Positions 1 through 10,644 are shown, counted from the stretch's first letter. The stretch is DNA of 53,830 nt from a virus (IMGVR_UViG_3300029265_000685:1-53830); one strand, 5' to 3'. The notes: a model not told the origin generated them from the sequence alone. Translations and numbers: made by a program.

Positions 1-2
1 CA

Positions 3-2249
3 CCAGCATTAGCAAAAGGTCTTAATTTAGACAAAGTAAAGGATGACATGCAGGATTTTGCTGATAATGCAACAGAAGCAGGTGGTAGTGTTAGTCGTTT
101 AGCAGTTTTGGGTAAGGGGATGACTAGTGCTTTAAGTAATGGATTTAAAACACTAACTGACCCATCAGTAATATTAGGAGCATTAGTAAAAGGATTTAAT
201 GAAGTAGATAAGGCCGCTGTGGATTTCCAAAGAACTACAGGTCAAGATGGTAATACTCTAGCATTACAAGTAGATGCAGCAAATAGTGAGTTCATTACTA
301 TGATTGGCTATTTAAAAACAGCGAATGCACTCTCGGTGGAACTTGGGATGAATGCCACTGCTATTTTTACACCTAAGGATCTACAAGGTGCTGCAACTAT
401 GGTTGAGGGTATGGGGTTTGCTCAAAAAGAGGCATCCCAATTAGCTATATTTTCAAAGGCAAATGGTAAATCTTTAGAAGAAAATAATAACTCTATAGTA
501 TCAGGTGTAAATGGCTTTAATACTCAAAATAAAGCAGGGGTAAACATAAAAAAAGTACTACAGGATATTGGTAATGTTTCGGAAGATATTGCCATTACAT
601 ATCTAGGTTATCCCGAAAAATTAGGTGCCGCTGGAGCAGCTGCGGCTGCAATAGGTACTAATTTAGAAGGTGTACAAAAAATAGCAGCTTCATTACTTAA
701 CTTTCAATCTTCAATTGAAGCCGAGATGGAAGCTGAACTTTTAACCGGTAAATCCCTAAATTTAGAGAAAGCAAGAAGTTTAGCATTAGCTAATGACTTG
801 GAAGGTGTAGCTAAAGAATTAGCAAACCAAGGAATAACAAGTGCTAGTTTTGGAGCTATGAATGTTTTACAACAACAAGCACAAGCCAAAGCCTTGGGTA
901 TGAGCAATACCGAGATGTCAAAAATGCTTCTCCAGCAGGGTTTACAAGCCGGAATGTCCGATGCAGGGTTAGATGCAGCACAAAAACAAGCACTTTCACA
1001 ATTAAATGCACAAACTGCAAGTGAAAAAATGGATAAAGCTATCCAAAAACTAACACAATCCTTAGCTCCAGTTGTAGATTCTTTTGCCGATATAGTATCA
1101 TCTACAGTAGGTTTCCTAACCAATATAAAAGCAATACAACCATTAATAAAAATCATAGCTATAGTTTATGCAGCTAAAATGGCAATGTCATTTGCAAGCT
1201 CCGCAAAATCCGCATTACAGATGGGTAAAAGTGTAATGGATATGGTTAAATCTTCAGCAACACTTATTAAAGATGGTGGTATAGGAGGAGTAATTGGTAA
1301 AATAAAAGGTGCTTTTTCATCACCTAGAGGATTAGATAAAGGAGCTAAAGCAATAGCAGGTTCAGCAGACAAAACAAAAGGTATAGATCCTGAACAAGGT
1401 TCGGGTATTAAAAAATTCTTACAGGGAATAGGAGATGGTTTAGCTTCTATTGGTAAACAAGCTGGGGATGTAATGAAGGGTGGTCTAGCTCTTGGAGTAG
1501 CATTATTAGCATTAGGTATAGGTTTTGCTCTATCATTACCTCTAATAGCGAATACAGATCCTATACAAATGGTAGCATTTGCAGGTTCACTATCCATGAT
1601 AGGATTAACAGTGGCAGTCATGGGTAAAGTAGGTGGAGATATTATAAAAGGTGCATTAGCCTTAGGGATTCTATCACTAGCATTAAGACCAGCAGCAGAG
1701 GCCTTTAGTTTACTAGCTGGTGTAGATGCAAACTCCATTCTAGCATTTTCAGTAGCAATGCCAATTCTAGGATTATCAGTAATGGCCCTAGGTTTAATAT
1801 TCACTAACCCCATTTCTATGTTTCTATTTGGAGCTGGTATTTTAGGGTTATTATCATTGGGGCTTGCAATTAAACCACTAGCAGCAGCATTTAGTCAATT
1901 AGGAGATACAGATGTAGCAGGTACAATGGCTGGTTTTTCTCAATTAGCATCTATAGCCCCAAGTTTAACAACAGCAGCCTCAGGTTTATATACTTTAGCA
2001 GGAGGTTTAGCAGCTGTAGGACTAGCAGGTGTTTTAGCACTACCCGTGTTATCAACATTAATGGATACAGATTTACTCGGAGGAGGAGGAGGAGCAGCTG
2101 GTGGTGAAAATAGAGAAGACGATGGTATGGTTAAAGTAAACACTAATCTAGAAAGATTAATATCACTAGTAGAAGCTGGAGGTGATGTGTACATTGATGG
2201 ATCAAAAGTAGGTAAAACCTTACAATTGGCATCCTCCAGAATGGGTTAA
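3..2249 (+). CDS. Tail tape measure protein, C-terminal part (5' end outside window)
   Basis: Frame open from nt 3 to TAA at 2249. Ala/Gly/Leu-rich helical sequence with hydrophobic stretches; C-terminal GDVYIDGSKVG motif typical of tape measures; lies upstream of baseplate genes. Confidence 0.85.
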   Translation, partial: PALAKGLNLDKVKDDMQDFADNATEAGGSVSRLAVLGKGMTSALSNGFKTLTDPSVILGALVKGFNEVDKAAVDFQRTTGQDGNTLALQVDAANSEFITMIGYLKTANALSVELGMNATAIFTPKDLQGAATMVEGMGFAQKEASQLAIFSKANGKSLEENNNSIVSGVNGFNTQNKAGVNIKKVLQDIGNVSEDIAITYLGYPEKLGAAGAAAAAIGTNLEGVQKIAASLLNFQSSIEAEMEAELLTGKSLNLEKARSLALANDLEGVAKELANQGITSASFGAMNVLQQQAQAKALGMSNTEMSKMLLQQGLQAGMSDAGLDAAQKQALSQLNAQTASEKMDKAIQKLTQSLAPVVDSFADIVSSTVGFLTNIKAIQPLIKIIAIVYAAKMAMSFASSAKSALQMGKSVMDMVKSSATLIKDGGIGGVIGKIKGAFSSPRGLDKGAKAIAGSADKTKGIDPEQGSGIKKFLQGIGDGLASIGKQAGDVMKGGLALGVALLALGIGFALSLPLIANTDPIQMVAFAGSLSMIGLTVAVMGKVGGDIIKGALALGILSLALRPAAEAFSLLAGVDANSILAFSVAMPILGLSVMALGLIFTNPISMFLFGAGILGLLSLGLAIKPLAAAFSQLGDTDVAGTMAGFSQLASIAPSLTTAASGLYTLAGGLAAVGLAGVLALPVLSTLMDTDLLGGGGGAAGGENREDDGMVKVNTNLERLISLVEAGGDVYIDGSKVGKTLQLASSRMG

Positions 2250-2258
2250 TATTTATAA
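2248..2258 (+). promoter_or_regulatory. Putative late/second-class promoter motif AATATTTATAA
   Basis: Same 11-mer is intergenic at 2248, 47606 and 50468, each 10-30 nt before a start codon. Confidence 0.45.
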
Positions 2259-2285
2259 TAAAACAAATAAATAAAATATAAAACT

Positions 2286-2510
2286 ATGTCATTAATAAAC
2301 AAATTAGAAGTAGGAGGTTCTCCTCTATCAGTACATAATGGAGCAACTCCATCAATCCCAAACTTTGCAGGATCAAAATTACATGATACTTACTCTATCA
2401 ATGATACTCCTATCATGCCTACAAAACCATCTCCTTCACAATTAAGTTTAAATGGTTCGGCACCAGACTATAATTATAGAGATAACACACCAGAAGGATC
2501 TTCATTTTAA
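2286..2510 (+). CDS. Small hypothetical protein, probably virion-associated
   Basis: 74 aa ORF with A-rich leader in the tail module. Confidence 0.6.
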   Translation: MSLINKLEVGGSPLSVHNGATPSIPNFAGSKLHDTYSINDTPIMPTKPSPSQLSLNGSAPDYNYRDNTPEGSSF

Positions 2511-2513
2511 AAT

Positions 2514-4700
2514 ATGCCTTTAATAAGCAAATATACCAATTTAAAATCTCTTAAATTTGGCGTTGGTACAGCCTCCGATAGACCAGGAGGTGGTTTTAGT
2601 AGTCAACCCTATATTATAAAGGATATCCCATCCAACAATTCTGATCCTTCAAATATATTCAATACCGGAGGACCAGATTCATTGTTGCGTGGTGGTTTAA
2701 TGGCTCCCATTAAGGCTATAGATGATGTAAGTCGACTAACACAAATGTTTTTCGATACAAGATCACCTAATGGCTTATTATTTACGGCAAAAACAAATGT
2801 ATTGTCAAGAACCTCAGTTAAAACTGAGGCATCTGTAGGTTCAGGTACGGCCTTTGGTAATATTAATCAGGGAGTTTACCTCCCAACATCAACTATAGCA
2901 CAAGCCGGTGTTGGATTTTTAGGAGCCCATGGTAATTTATTAGGACTTAATCCAGCATCACCTGGAAATAATAACCCATCATATGACTCTCAGGTATCAG
3001 CTGGTGGTTTAGTTAATTATGAATCTGCTGTTCTATTTAACAACTCGGATATAGACTATCTCGACCAAAATAGATTAATAAATTTAAAATCTGCTATAGA
3101 CAATAATTGGGAATCTTTCCCCATAAATGGAATTACACTAAATACAAATGCAGGTACTTCTATTATGCAGTATGGTGGAGGTCCAGGATCTATTTTAGGT
3201 ATTGGTACGACTAATATCCCATTTGCCAGTGAAAGAACTGGATTAATGAATAAACTAGCAAGGGGTAGTGAAAATCAGAAAAATTTTTTTTATGGTAAAT
3301 CTGGATTAATAGGGACAAATAATCCTGGTAATCTATATAATGGTAAATCTCAAGAAATTGACAGAGACTTAACTAATAAATTAACAGGTGCTACATCACA
3401 ATCATTAAGACCAAACATATTATCAAATCTAAACCCCGGCATATCAGGTTCGGGTATTACAGAAAGTGACTTAGTAAATTTTGACCAATCACAACTTCCA
3501 AACCGAGTAAGAGATAACCAATCGTTAACAGGATTGAACAATCCTCTATCGAAAACAGATCCTGCTTTTTTTTATGGGAAATTACTAAATGGTGACTCAT
3601 ATAATGGGAACAAATCTTACGACTTAGAATATGATAGAAAAAATACACATGCTGCTTCTAACAAATACAATACTTTAGTTGAAAAGGTTTCTAATGTAAC
3701 ACCAATAGACAACGAAGGATTTAAGTTTGGAAATTCCTTTAACGTCTACCAATCAGATATGTTTGGTGATAGTTTATGGCCTACAACAACACCACTTCAA
3801 AGCCAAAATAATTCCTCTACATATACCCAAATCGAAATAATCGAAGAACCAGCTAACCCCGGGAAAATATCAGGAAATCCAAAAATAAAAGATTTTAGGA
3901 AAACATTAAGGGATAATGGTAGTACAAATACACTGCTAACTCTATCTCAAGGTTATGATGGGCGCGATGCAATAGATTCTAGAGTAAATAGAGGTAATCC
4001 CGGAAAGAAAAACACAACAAATAATTATTCCTTAGGAACAGAAGCTCTAGATAAAATAACTGCATCTGGGTTTTATACAGGAACAACTCCAACCCATACT
4101 GGTGAAAAAAATGATTTAGTTAGACTTAGTATTGGTATATTAAATAGTGATGGTAGTGGTCAATCTACATATATGCATTTTAGATCATTTATAGATTCAT
4201 TTAGTGATGCTTACACCGCTGAATGGGGGGATGTTCAATATATTGGTAGAGCCGATAAATTCTATAATTACAAAGGATTTACAAGATCAATTAATTTAGG
4301 TTGGACCGTTTATGCTCAATCAAAACCAGAATTAATACCAATGTATGAAAAATTAAATTTTTTAGCATCTAGTCTAGCACCTGATTATTCATCTGCGGGT
4401 TATATGAAAGGTAATCTAGCACGTTTAACAGTAGGTGGGTATCTATATAACCAACTCGGAATTATTAAATCTATTACTTATGATATCCCAACAGAATCAA
4501 CTTGGGAAATAGGTTTAAAAGCCACAGGTGGAAATGACTCAACCGTAGAAGAATTACCACATATGATTAAAGTAACAGGATTTAGTTTTATTCCAATTGA
4601 ACATAGTATACCACAAAAAGGATCAAGATTTATACATCTAGCAAACGGTACAAAATCACCACATTATAAAGGATCATATCCTGGGACTTCAATAAGTTAA
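2514..4700 (+). CDS. Baseplate/tail-tube initiator-like protein
   Basis: C-terminal domain FRSFIDSFSDAY...YIGRADKFYNYKGFTRSINLGW...RLTVGGY...IKSITYD resembles contractile-tail tube/gpU-like folds. Sits between tape measure and LysM wedge. Confidence 0.6.
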   Translation: MPLISKYTNLKSLKFGVGTASDRPGGGFSSQPYIIKDIPSNNSDPSNIFNTGGPDSLLRGGLMAPIKAIDDVSRLTQMFFDTRSPNGLLFTAKTNVLSRTSVKTEASVGSGTAFGNINQGVYLPTSTIAQAGVGFLGAHGNLLGLNPASPGNNNPSYDSQVSAGGLVNYESAVLFNNSDIDYLDQNRLINLKSAIDNNWESFPINGITLNTNAGTSIMQYGGGPGSILGIGTTNIPFASERTGLMNKLARGSENQKNFFYGKSGLIGTNNPGNLYNGKSQEIDRDLTNKLTGATSQSLRPNILSNLNPGISGSGITESDLVNFDQSQLPNRVRDNQSLTGLNNPLSKTDPAFFYGKLLNGDSYNGNKSYDLEYDRKNTHAASNKYNTLVEKVSNVTPIDNEGFKFGNSFNVYQSDMFGDSLWPTTTPLQSQNNSSTYTQIEIIEEPANPGKISGNPKIKDFRKTLRDNGSTNTLLTLSQGYDGRDAIDSRVNRGNPGKKNTTNNYSLGTEALDKITASGFYTGTTPTHTGEKNDLVRLSIGILNSDGSGQSTYMHFRSFIDSFSDAYTAEWGDVQYIGRADKFYNYKGFTRSINLGWTVYAQSKPELIPMYEKLNFLASSLAPDYSSAGYMKGNLARLTVGGYLYNQLGIIKSITYDIPTESTWEIGLKATGGNDSTVEELPHMIKVTGFSFIPIEHSIPQKGSRFIHLANGTKSPHYKGSYPGTSIS

Positions 4701-4726
4701 ACCCAAATTTAAAAACAAATTAGTTC

Positions 4727-5050
4727 ATGAAAAGATACGGAGGAATACAACAAATTAGAAATACAAACATTAATGCTGGTCCTCTTCGTGCACCTTATTA
4801 TAAGACTGTTTTGTACCCCGAAATCCCACCCAATCCAAATGATATTTGGGTTATTACTGACTTTGGGGATAGATTAGATTTACTAGCAAATCAGTTTTAT
4901 GGGGATGTAACCTTATATTGGATTATATCCTTAGGGAACCCAAACTACATAAGTTTTGGTTCATTATTTATTAATGAGGGAACCCAAATACGAATACCAG
5001 TTGACATTAATGGTATTTTAAATAGTTATAACACTTTAAATGAAATATAA
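4727..5050 (+). CDS. LysM-type baseplate wedge protein (P2 gpX / T4 gp53-like)
   Basis: GDRLDLLANQFYGDVTLYWII...GTQIRIP LysM-like signature in the canonical position. Confidence 0.8.
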   Translation: MKRYGGIQQIRNTNINAGPLRAPYYKTVLYPEIPPNPNDIWVITDFGDRLDLLANQFYGDVTLYWIISLGNPNYISFGSLFINEGTQIRIPVDINGILNSYNTLNEI

Positions 5051-8000
5051 ATGGCACTTCTCGGAAACCCCTTTACAGATTATGTAACCAAACAAATAAA
5101 CACCCGTCAGAAAGCACTAGGAGAAGGATTAGGTGATGGATCTGATATTAATCGAATTCAATCACTCCAAGCCTATAATACATCAACACCTTGGATGCGT
5201 TTAGCTAGTGCCGTCAAAATTACTAAAGGTGATGAAGCAAAACCAGGTAAATCCGTATACAAACAAATTTTAGATAGTGGTTTATTATTAGGTATACCCG
5301 AAAACGAATGGATAAATACAGGCTTAGCAAAAAGATTCGTATTAGAAGGTGCCCCAAATTCTTATGAGGGAGATAGCAAACCTGAGGGTGTAGCTAGTCC
5401 CGAAAGTAATCCTTTCTTATCAGCTTATGGGTGGGGTTATAACTCAAGTGGGATTACACATGGTCAGGGATATGTACCACCTCCGGGTGTAACAAGTGTA
5501 GATTTTGAATATAAAAATGACGGTGCTCTAGCCTTTGCAAGTATAAAAATCAAGGCTTTTAGTCGAGAACAATTTGCAATGATTGACATTCTCTATATGA
5601 GACCAGGATATACATGCCTGTTAGAATTTGGTCATACTTCAGGGATAATGAATGATTTATCCACATTAAGTATCGATAATTCTCAAACTGACCCCTTAAA
5701 ATATTTATTTGGTGGTGATAGTAAACCACCTAGCTATTCAACAATGGCCAAAAAAATATCTAAAACGAAAGATACATGGAATGGTAATTATGAGGGATTT
5801 TTTGGTAGGATAACTAAATTTGATTGGAAATTCAATTCTGATGGGAGTTATGATATTACTGTAAAACTAACAGGTTTGGGTGATGTCATATCTTCTTTAA
5901 AAGTAAACATAGCAAAACAATTTAAAGCACCAGTATCAATTGAATCAGATTTTATAGGTAAACTAGAAGTAGATGAAACTGAAGATGCCAAAGAAGTAAG
6001 TTCATTCATAATTAGTAACGCATATGCCTCCCAATTAAATTTTGACTTGTACTCTATATTTGCTGATAAAAATCAATTTAAGGATTCTTTCAACGTATTT
6101 TTGGTAAAGACTAATGAAAACGCAACTTCATATCCATTACCCCTAAAAAACATACCCATAAACGGTCAGGAAGAAAGTTTCATTATCCCTGGTGGTGTTG
6201 TAAAGATTGATATTAATGATTATGGTGGGACTATTTACTCCCCTACAACATTTATTAAATTCGGGGGTTTTTTATCCATGCTTCAAAAAATATGTAATAT
6301 AACAGATGGTGGTGATAATTCATTCCTCCAATTTGAAATGGTGGAGGATGTATCATCCGATATTAAGAACGATTTCACCCCCATAGTTAATGATACTTTC
6401 ATAGCTACATATCCTGGTAATTTTTCATCTAATCCTAATAAATGTTTGATTAAAGTATCTAAGATGATAGGTAGTAAGGATATTTGGCCTACAGGATTTA
6501 AACCAAAAATTATTGTAGATTCAATAATAAATGATGTTCTTACTAATAATTACGACACCGCACCAGAATCAACAGATCCTATACAACAACTAGAAAATCC
6601 TAAATTAGCCTATACTTTGAGTGAAGTTTATGTTAATATAAACTATATTTCTACTATATTAAGTGGTTTGATGGGTGGAGATGAAGCAGCCGAGGGTGCA
6701 TTAGATGTTTCAATTCTCGACCTACTAAATGGTGTTCTTAGTGGTATAAATTCAAGTCTAGGGGGATTAAATACTTTTAGAGTAATATATAACGAAGACA
6801 CATCTCAAGTCCAAATAATTTCTGAAAATCCAATTTTAAGTTCTAAAAAGACACCAGAAAAACCATTTGCAATATTCAACACATATGGTTTTGAAAGAGG
6901 AACTGTAAATCAAGGGTCATTTATTACATCTTTTGATCTCAACTCAGAATTAACAGATCAGATGGCTACTCAAATATCAATTGGTGCTCAATCCAATAGT
7001 AATACTATTGCGGGTAATGCTACAGCATTCTCATCATATAATAAAGGATTAATAGATACCCTATTTGTAGATAAAACACCATCTATAGTTGCAAATACTG
7101 ATGGAGATAATGGAGATAATGGAGAGGTTGAAGTAGTTGATGAAATTATGGATATGTGGAGAGAATCAAGTGGAACCGGTACTATGGGGGAAATTTATGA
7201 TGATAGACAACTAGATGAAGATTCATATATACAAACTTTAGATAGTTTAAATAATAACATATCTCCCGTTATAATGGGGAGATTAAATAATACAAAAAAA
7301 GCTCCATCACCTTTTTTCCTCCCATTTAATATGAGTTTAACAATGAATGGTTTAGGGGGAATGAAAATTTATGATGCTTTTAAAATTACAGGTAAAGGTT
7401 TACCTTTAAGTTATAACCCCGATGTAATAAAATTACTTATAAAAAGTCTATCCCATACTGTGAGTTTAGAGGGATGGAAAACCAGAATTTCAACCATAGC
7501 TCAACCTATATTCAAAATTGACACATCAGAAGGAAACATAAAAGCCGAAGAAGGTGAATATATTAGAAAATCATCAAATTCAGACACAGTAGCAGGTAAT
7601 GATGTTGCTCCACCCCCAGGTATAAAACCACCATCCGATGAAAAATTAAGAATAAAACTATACAGGATAATGGATGATGGTACCCAAACATTAGGGATAA
7701 TGCAGGTTTTAGCCGAGGATGAAAAAACAGTAATAATGACAATGGCAACATCAGAACTCCCTTGGAAAGGTAATAGAAATGGTGTAAGTTGTATCCCAGC
7801 TGATGATTATAGGGTTAAATCCCACGTAAGTCCCAAACATGGGAAGTGTTTTTGGTTAATAGGAAATGCACAGGGTAACTATGCTTATAATAGAATATAT
7901 GGTAATGGTTTTACCAGAGGATCAATATTAATACACTCATCTCCCAAAGCACCGGGTTGGTTAGAAGGTTGCATAGCTCCTGGTATTAAATTTAATGACG

Positions 8001-8233
8001 CTGATAATCAAAAGGGAAGACAGAAGGGAACCGGTAAATTCTATTTAGATCCCTCTAAATCTCAATCAAATCAAGCTGTTGGTTTATTAATTAATAAACT
8101 ATATGCTGAAGGCTCATTTAAAATGAAAATTATGAATCAAGGAGGAGGTAACAGTGAAAGTCTCCCAAAAACATTTAATGCTGAAGTAAGAAAAATATCA
8201 AAATCCGTTAAACTATTACCAAACCCTAAATAA
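5051..8233 (+). CDS. Baseplate hub protein with C-terminal DUF5675-like putative peptidoglycan-acting domain
   Basis: N-terminal PPPGVTSVDF...LYMRPGYTCLLEFGH...FDWKFNSDGSYD hub-type motifs. C-terminal TLG...SELPWKGNRNGVSCIP...ILIH...EGCIAPG motif. Confidence 0.65.
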   Translation: MALLGNPFTDYVTKQINTRQKALGEGLGDGSDINRIQSLQAYNTSTPWMRLASAVKITKGDEAKPGKSVYKQILDSGLLLGIPENEWINTGLAKRFVLEGAPNSYEGDSKPEGVASPESNPFLSAYGWGYNSSGITHGQGYVPPPGVTSVDFEYKNDGALAFASIKIKAFSREQFAMIDILYMRPGYTCLLEFGHTSGIMNDLSTLSIDNSQTDPLKYLFGGDSKPPSYSTMAKKISKTKDTWNGNYEGFFGRITKFDWKFNSDGSYDITVKLTGLGDVISSLKVNIAKQFKAPVSIESDFIGKLEVDETEDAKEVSSFIISNAYASQLNFDLYSIFADKNQFKDSFNVFLVKTNENATSYPLPLKNIPINGQEESFIIPGGVVKIDINDYGGTIYSPTTFIKFGGFLSMLQKICNITDGGDNSFLQFEMVEDVSSDIKNDFTPIVNDTFIATYPGNFSSNPNKCLIKVSKMIGSKDIWPTGFKPKIIVDSIINDVLTNNYDTAPESTDPIQQLENPKLAYTLSEVYVNINYISTILSGLMGGDEAAEGALDVSILDLLNGVLSGINSSLGGLNTFRVIYNEDTSQVQIISENPILSSKKTPEKPFAIFNTYGFERGTVNQGSFITSFDLNSELTDQMATQISIGAQSNSNTIAGNATAFSSYNKGLIDTLFVDKTPSIVANTDGDNGDNGEVEVVDEIMDMWRESSGTGTMGEIYDDRQLDEDSYIQTLDSLNNNISPVIMGRLNNTKKAPSPFFLPFNMSLTMNGLGGMKIYDAFKITGKGLPLSYNPDVIKLLIKSLSHTVSLEGWKTRISTIAQPIFKIDTSEGNIKAEEGEYIRKSSNSDTVAGNDVAPPPGIKPPSDEKLRIKLYRIMDDGTQTLGIMQVLAEDEKTVIMTMATSELPWKGNRNGVSCIPADDYRVKSHVSPKHGKCFWLIGNAQGNYAYNRIYGNGFTRGSILIHSSPKAPGWLEGCIAPGIKFNDADNQKGRQKGTGKFYLDPSKSQSNQAVGLLINKLYAEGSFKMKIMNQGGGNSESLPKTFNAEVRKISKSVKLLPNPK

Positions 8234-8898
8234 TGTACATACCTTTAAATAAAATAATAACAAATCTATACACATCGGGTAATGAATATGTAACGGTGTC
8301 TGATAAGAAAGATTATGTTGGGTTCTACTTCAAAACATATGAGGGGAGATTTTACACCGGTAAAACACCCAACGATACACCTGTAGTTGAATTAATAAAA
8401 GAATCCTCTACCATGGATAGTATATGGAATCTAACCTTCGACGAGGAAGTATTTACACAATATGCGGACAATTACGATGGTGAAGTCGTCCCAGGACAAT
8501 ATCAAAATTTAATTGACACAACAGTTTATAATAAATTAAAAAAAACAAATATATCACAAACAAAACTAGTTCCCCAACAATCATTTCCATTCCCAACCGA
8601 GATGGATTATAATTTAGGCTCATTCACTAGGTATTTCACAGTAAAGACAAATGAGGAATCATATTTAGAAATTAATAAAGATACATTTACTAATTTATTT
8701 AATCAAAATCCCACTTGGGGGTGGATACCATATACAATCTTCAAATTAACTTGGACTTTAACAGGGAATGAGGAAGAGGTAGAAAAATCAAACTACAACA
8801 TCACACTAATTAGAGAATCAAATTTAAAAAGAGCAGGTTTACAACAATTTTTAAGATTTAATTATTTAAAATTCTACCAATCAAACTTGGAATTATGA
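8233..8898 (+). CDS. Hypothetical protein (last gene of tail module)
   Basis: 221 aa ORF coupled to the hub gene by a TAATG overlap. Confidence 0.6.
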   Translation: MYIPLNKIITNLYTSGNEYVTVSDKKDYVGFYFKTYEGRFYTGKTPNDTPVVELIKESSTMDSIWNLTFDEEVFTQYADNYDGEVVPGQYQNLIDTTVYNKLKKTNISQTKLVPQQSFPFPTEMDYNLGSFTRYFTVKTNEESYLEINKDTFTNLFNQNPTWGWIPYTIFKLTWTLTGNEEEVEKSNYNITLIRESNLKRAGLQQFLRFNYLKFYQSNLEL

Positions 8899-8916
8899 TT
8901 TAAGGTTCGTATATTT
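8887..8916 (+). promoter_or_regulatory. Promoter TTGG-N15-TTCGTATATTT
   Basis: Copy 1 of 13; resembles the Bacteroidota -33 TTTG / -7 TAnnTTTG promoter. Confidence 0.8.
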
Positions 8917-8935
8917 ACCCTAAATAATAAAAGTT

Positions 8936-10195
8936 ATGTATTGGTTAGTTGAAACACAACAACAATTAAAGGAGTTATATGATAGTGATTTCGAAGAAGC
9001 CTTCGTCGAGATAATCCCATACTCAAATACAATTCACCCGGTTGAAAACTCGGTGTGTGCGTTTTATATTAGGCCGTTAAATTCAACAAAAGGATACATT
9101 GCATCCATTAACCATAGTGAGGCGTTATCACTCAATATAGACGATGTAAAACACGTATTAAACAAATATAAACACCTATACGTTAGGGATAAGAAAGAAT
9201 TTCTACATTATTTAATTTTAAAAGATCTTTACGACATAACATTAAACTCACCTACGTATATACAAGAATATACTCAAGCACACTCACATTTCTACTACAA
9301 ATATCCCAATAAAAAAGACATTAACCGCATTATTCCGATTGTGAAACATTATGAATATTGTGAAAAGACATTTCATACTTTAAAAGATAAAATAAATGAA
9401 CCCATCAACGAATTTTACAACAACAATGCCACAGTGGTATTCAACGCCATCGAGAGAAGTGGTTTACGAATTGATAGAGATGAATTCCAATCGCGTTTTC
9501 ATAATATCGATGGAGAATACGTCTACACGCAATTCAACTTCAAAACACTTACAACCAGACCCTCAAATAAATTTAAAGGAGTAAATTATGCCGCAATTAA
9601 TAAAGAAAATGGAGATAGGAAATCTCTTATACCAAGGAATGATTTACTTTTTGAGTTGGATATTAGTGCTTACCACCCTACTCTTTTGGCTAATTTGGTC
9701 GATTTTGACTTCGGCAGTGAAGACATCCATAGTTCATTTGCCGAGATGTATGGAGTGGATTATAAGAAAGCAAAAGAATTAACATTTAAACAAATGTATG
9801 GGGGAGTTTTCGATCAATATAAAGATCTAGAATTTTTTCAAAAAGTACAAGTATATACTGATGAGATGTGGGCTCGATATCAAAGTGAGGGTTTTATTGA
9901 ATGTCCTATTTCAAAGTACAAATATAAACGAGATGAATTGCAAGACATGAAACCTCAAAAGTTGTTGAATTACTTACTACAAAACTTGGAGACCGCAACT
10001 AATATTCGTATATTGTGGGAAATGTTTAGAATATTGAGAGGTGCTAAAACAAAGTTAGTTTTATACACATATGATTCATTCACTTTCGATTTAGACAAAA
10101 CAGAAAAACCAGTTATAGAAGAAATATTAAAAGTTTTTACAAAATACAAGTTACAAACAAAATTTAGTTATGGAGACACATATGATTTTAAATAA
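8936..10195 (+). CDS. Compact, divergent family A DNA polymerase-like protein
   Basis: Motif 2 TTRPSN, motif A LDISAYH, motif B AKELTFKQMYG, motif 6 NYLLQN, motif C LYTYDS. Only 419 aa. Confidence 0.75.
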   Translation: MYWLVETQQQLKELYDSDFEEAFVEIIPYSNTIHPVENSVCAFYIRPLNSTKGYIASINHSEALSLNIDDVKHVLNKYKHLYVRDKKEFLHYLILKDLYDITLNSPTYIQEYTQAHSHFYYKYPNKKDINRIIPIVKHYEYCEKTFHTLKDKINEPINEFYNNNATVVFNAIERSGLRIDRDEFQSRFHNIDGEYVYTQFNFKTLTTRPSNKFKGVNYAAINKENGDRKSLIPRNDLLFELDISAYHPTLLANLVDFDFGSEDIHSSFAEMYGVDYKKAKELTFKQMYGGVFDQYKDLEFFQKVQVYTDEMWARYQSEGFIECPISKYKYKRDELQDMKPQKLLNYLLQNLETATNIRILWEMFRILRGAKTKLVLYTYDSFTFDLDKTEKPVIEEILKVFTKYKLQTKFSYGDTYDFK

Positions 10196-10643
10196 AACAA
10201 CCAATACGTATAAGGTGGATGACTTCCAGGATTTTACCTCATTAAATATACGCGATTTGAACAATAAACTATTTTGCACATTTACTACACTTGAAGACTT
10301 AGATGCTTTGATTAATAGTATAACATCTAAATATGATGTCATGTACAACAAAATATTTGTATTATATATTAAGAGCAATGATGAGTACGTTTGTACTTAC
10401 AACATTGATCAAGCTAATGTAGCAGATATTCCACCAAATACAATTTTAGTCCACAGAAAAAAAGATTCTAATACACTATACACTATTAATGCCTTAAATG
10501 AGTTAATTAAAGGGTTAAATGGTGGAGTAGTCGATACTAGATTCCCAATTGATTGGCAACATTATAGAAATACAATATTGTTGACTCAACATGATGAGTT
10601 AAAGCAATTAAAAACAAAAATACACAAAATAATTGAATTATAG
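10170..10643 (+). CDS. Hypothetical protein (start possibly ATG 10182)
   Basis: 157 aa ORF overlapping the end of the polymerase A gene. Confidence 0.6.
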   Translation: METHMILNKTTNTYKVDDFQDFTSLNIRDLNNKLFCTFTTLEDLDALINSITSKYDVMYNKIFVLYIKSNDEYVCTYNIDQANVADIPPNTILVHRKKDSNTLYTINALNELIKGLNGGVVDTRFPIDWQHYRNTILLTQHDELKQLKTKIHKIIEL

Positions 10644-10644
10644 T

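Noticed and set aside
704-2194. Minus-strand ORFs opposite the tape measure, and the other antisense or nested ORFs in the track
   Set aside because: They are shadows of well-supported + strand genes, with no motifs and no minus-strand promoters noticed.
7100-7126. Short 9-nt tandem repeat encoding DGDNGDNGE
   Set aside because: In-frame low-complexity linker; no sign of phase variation.
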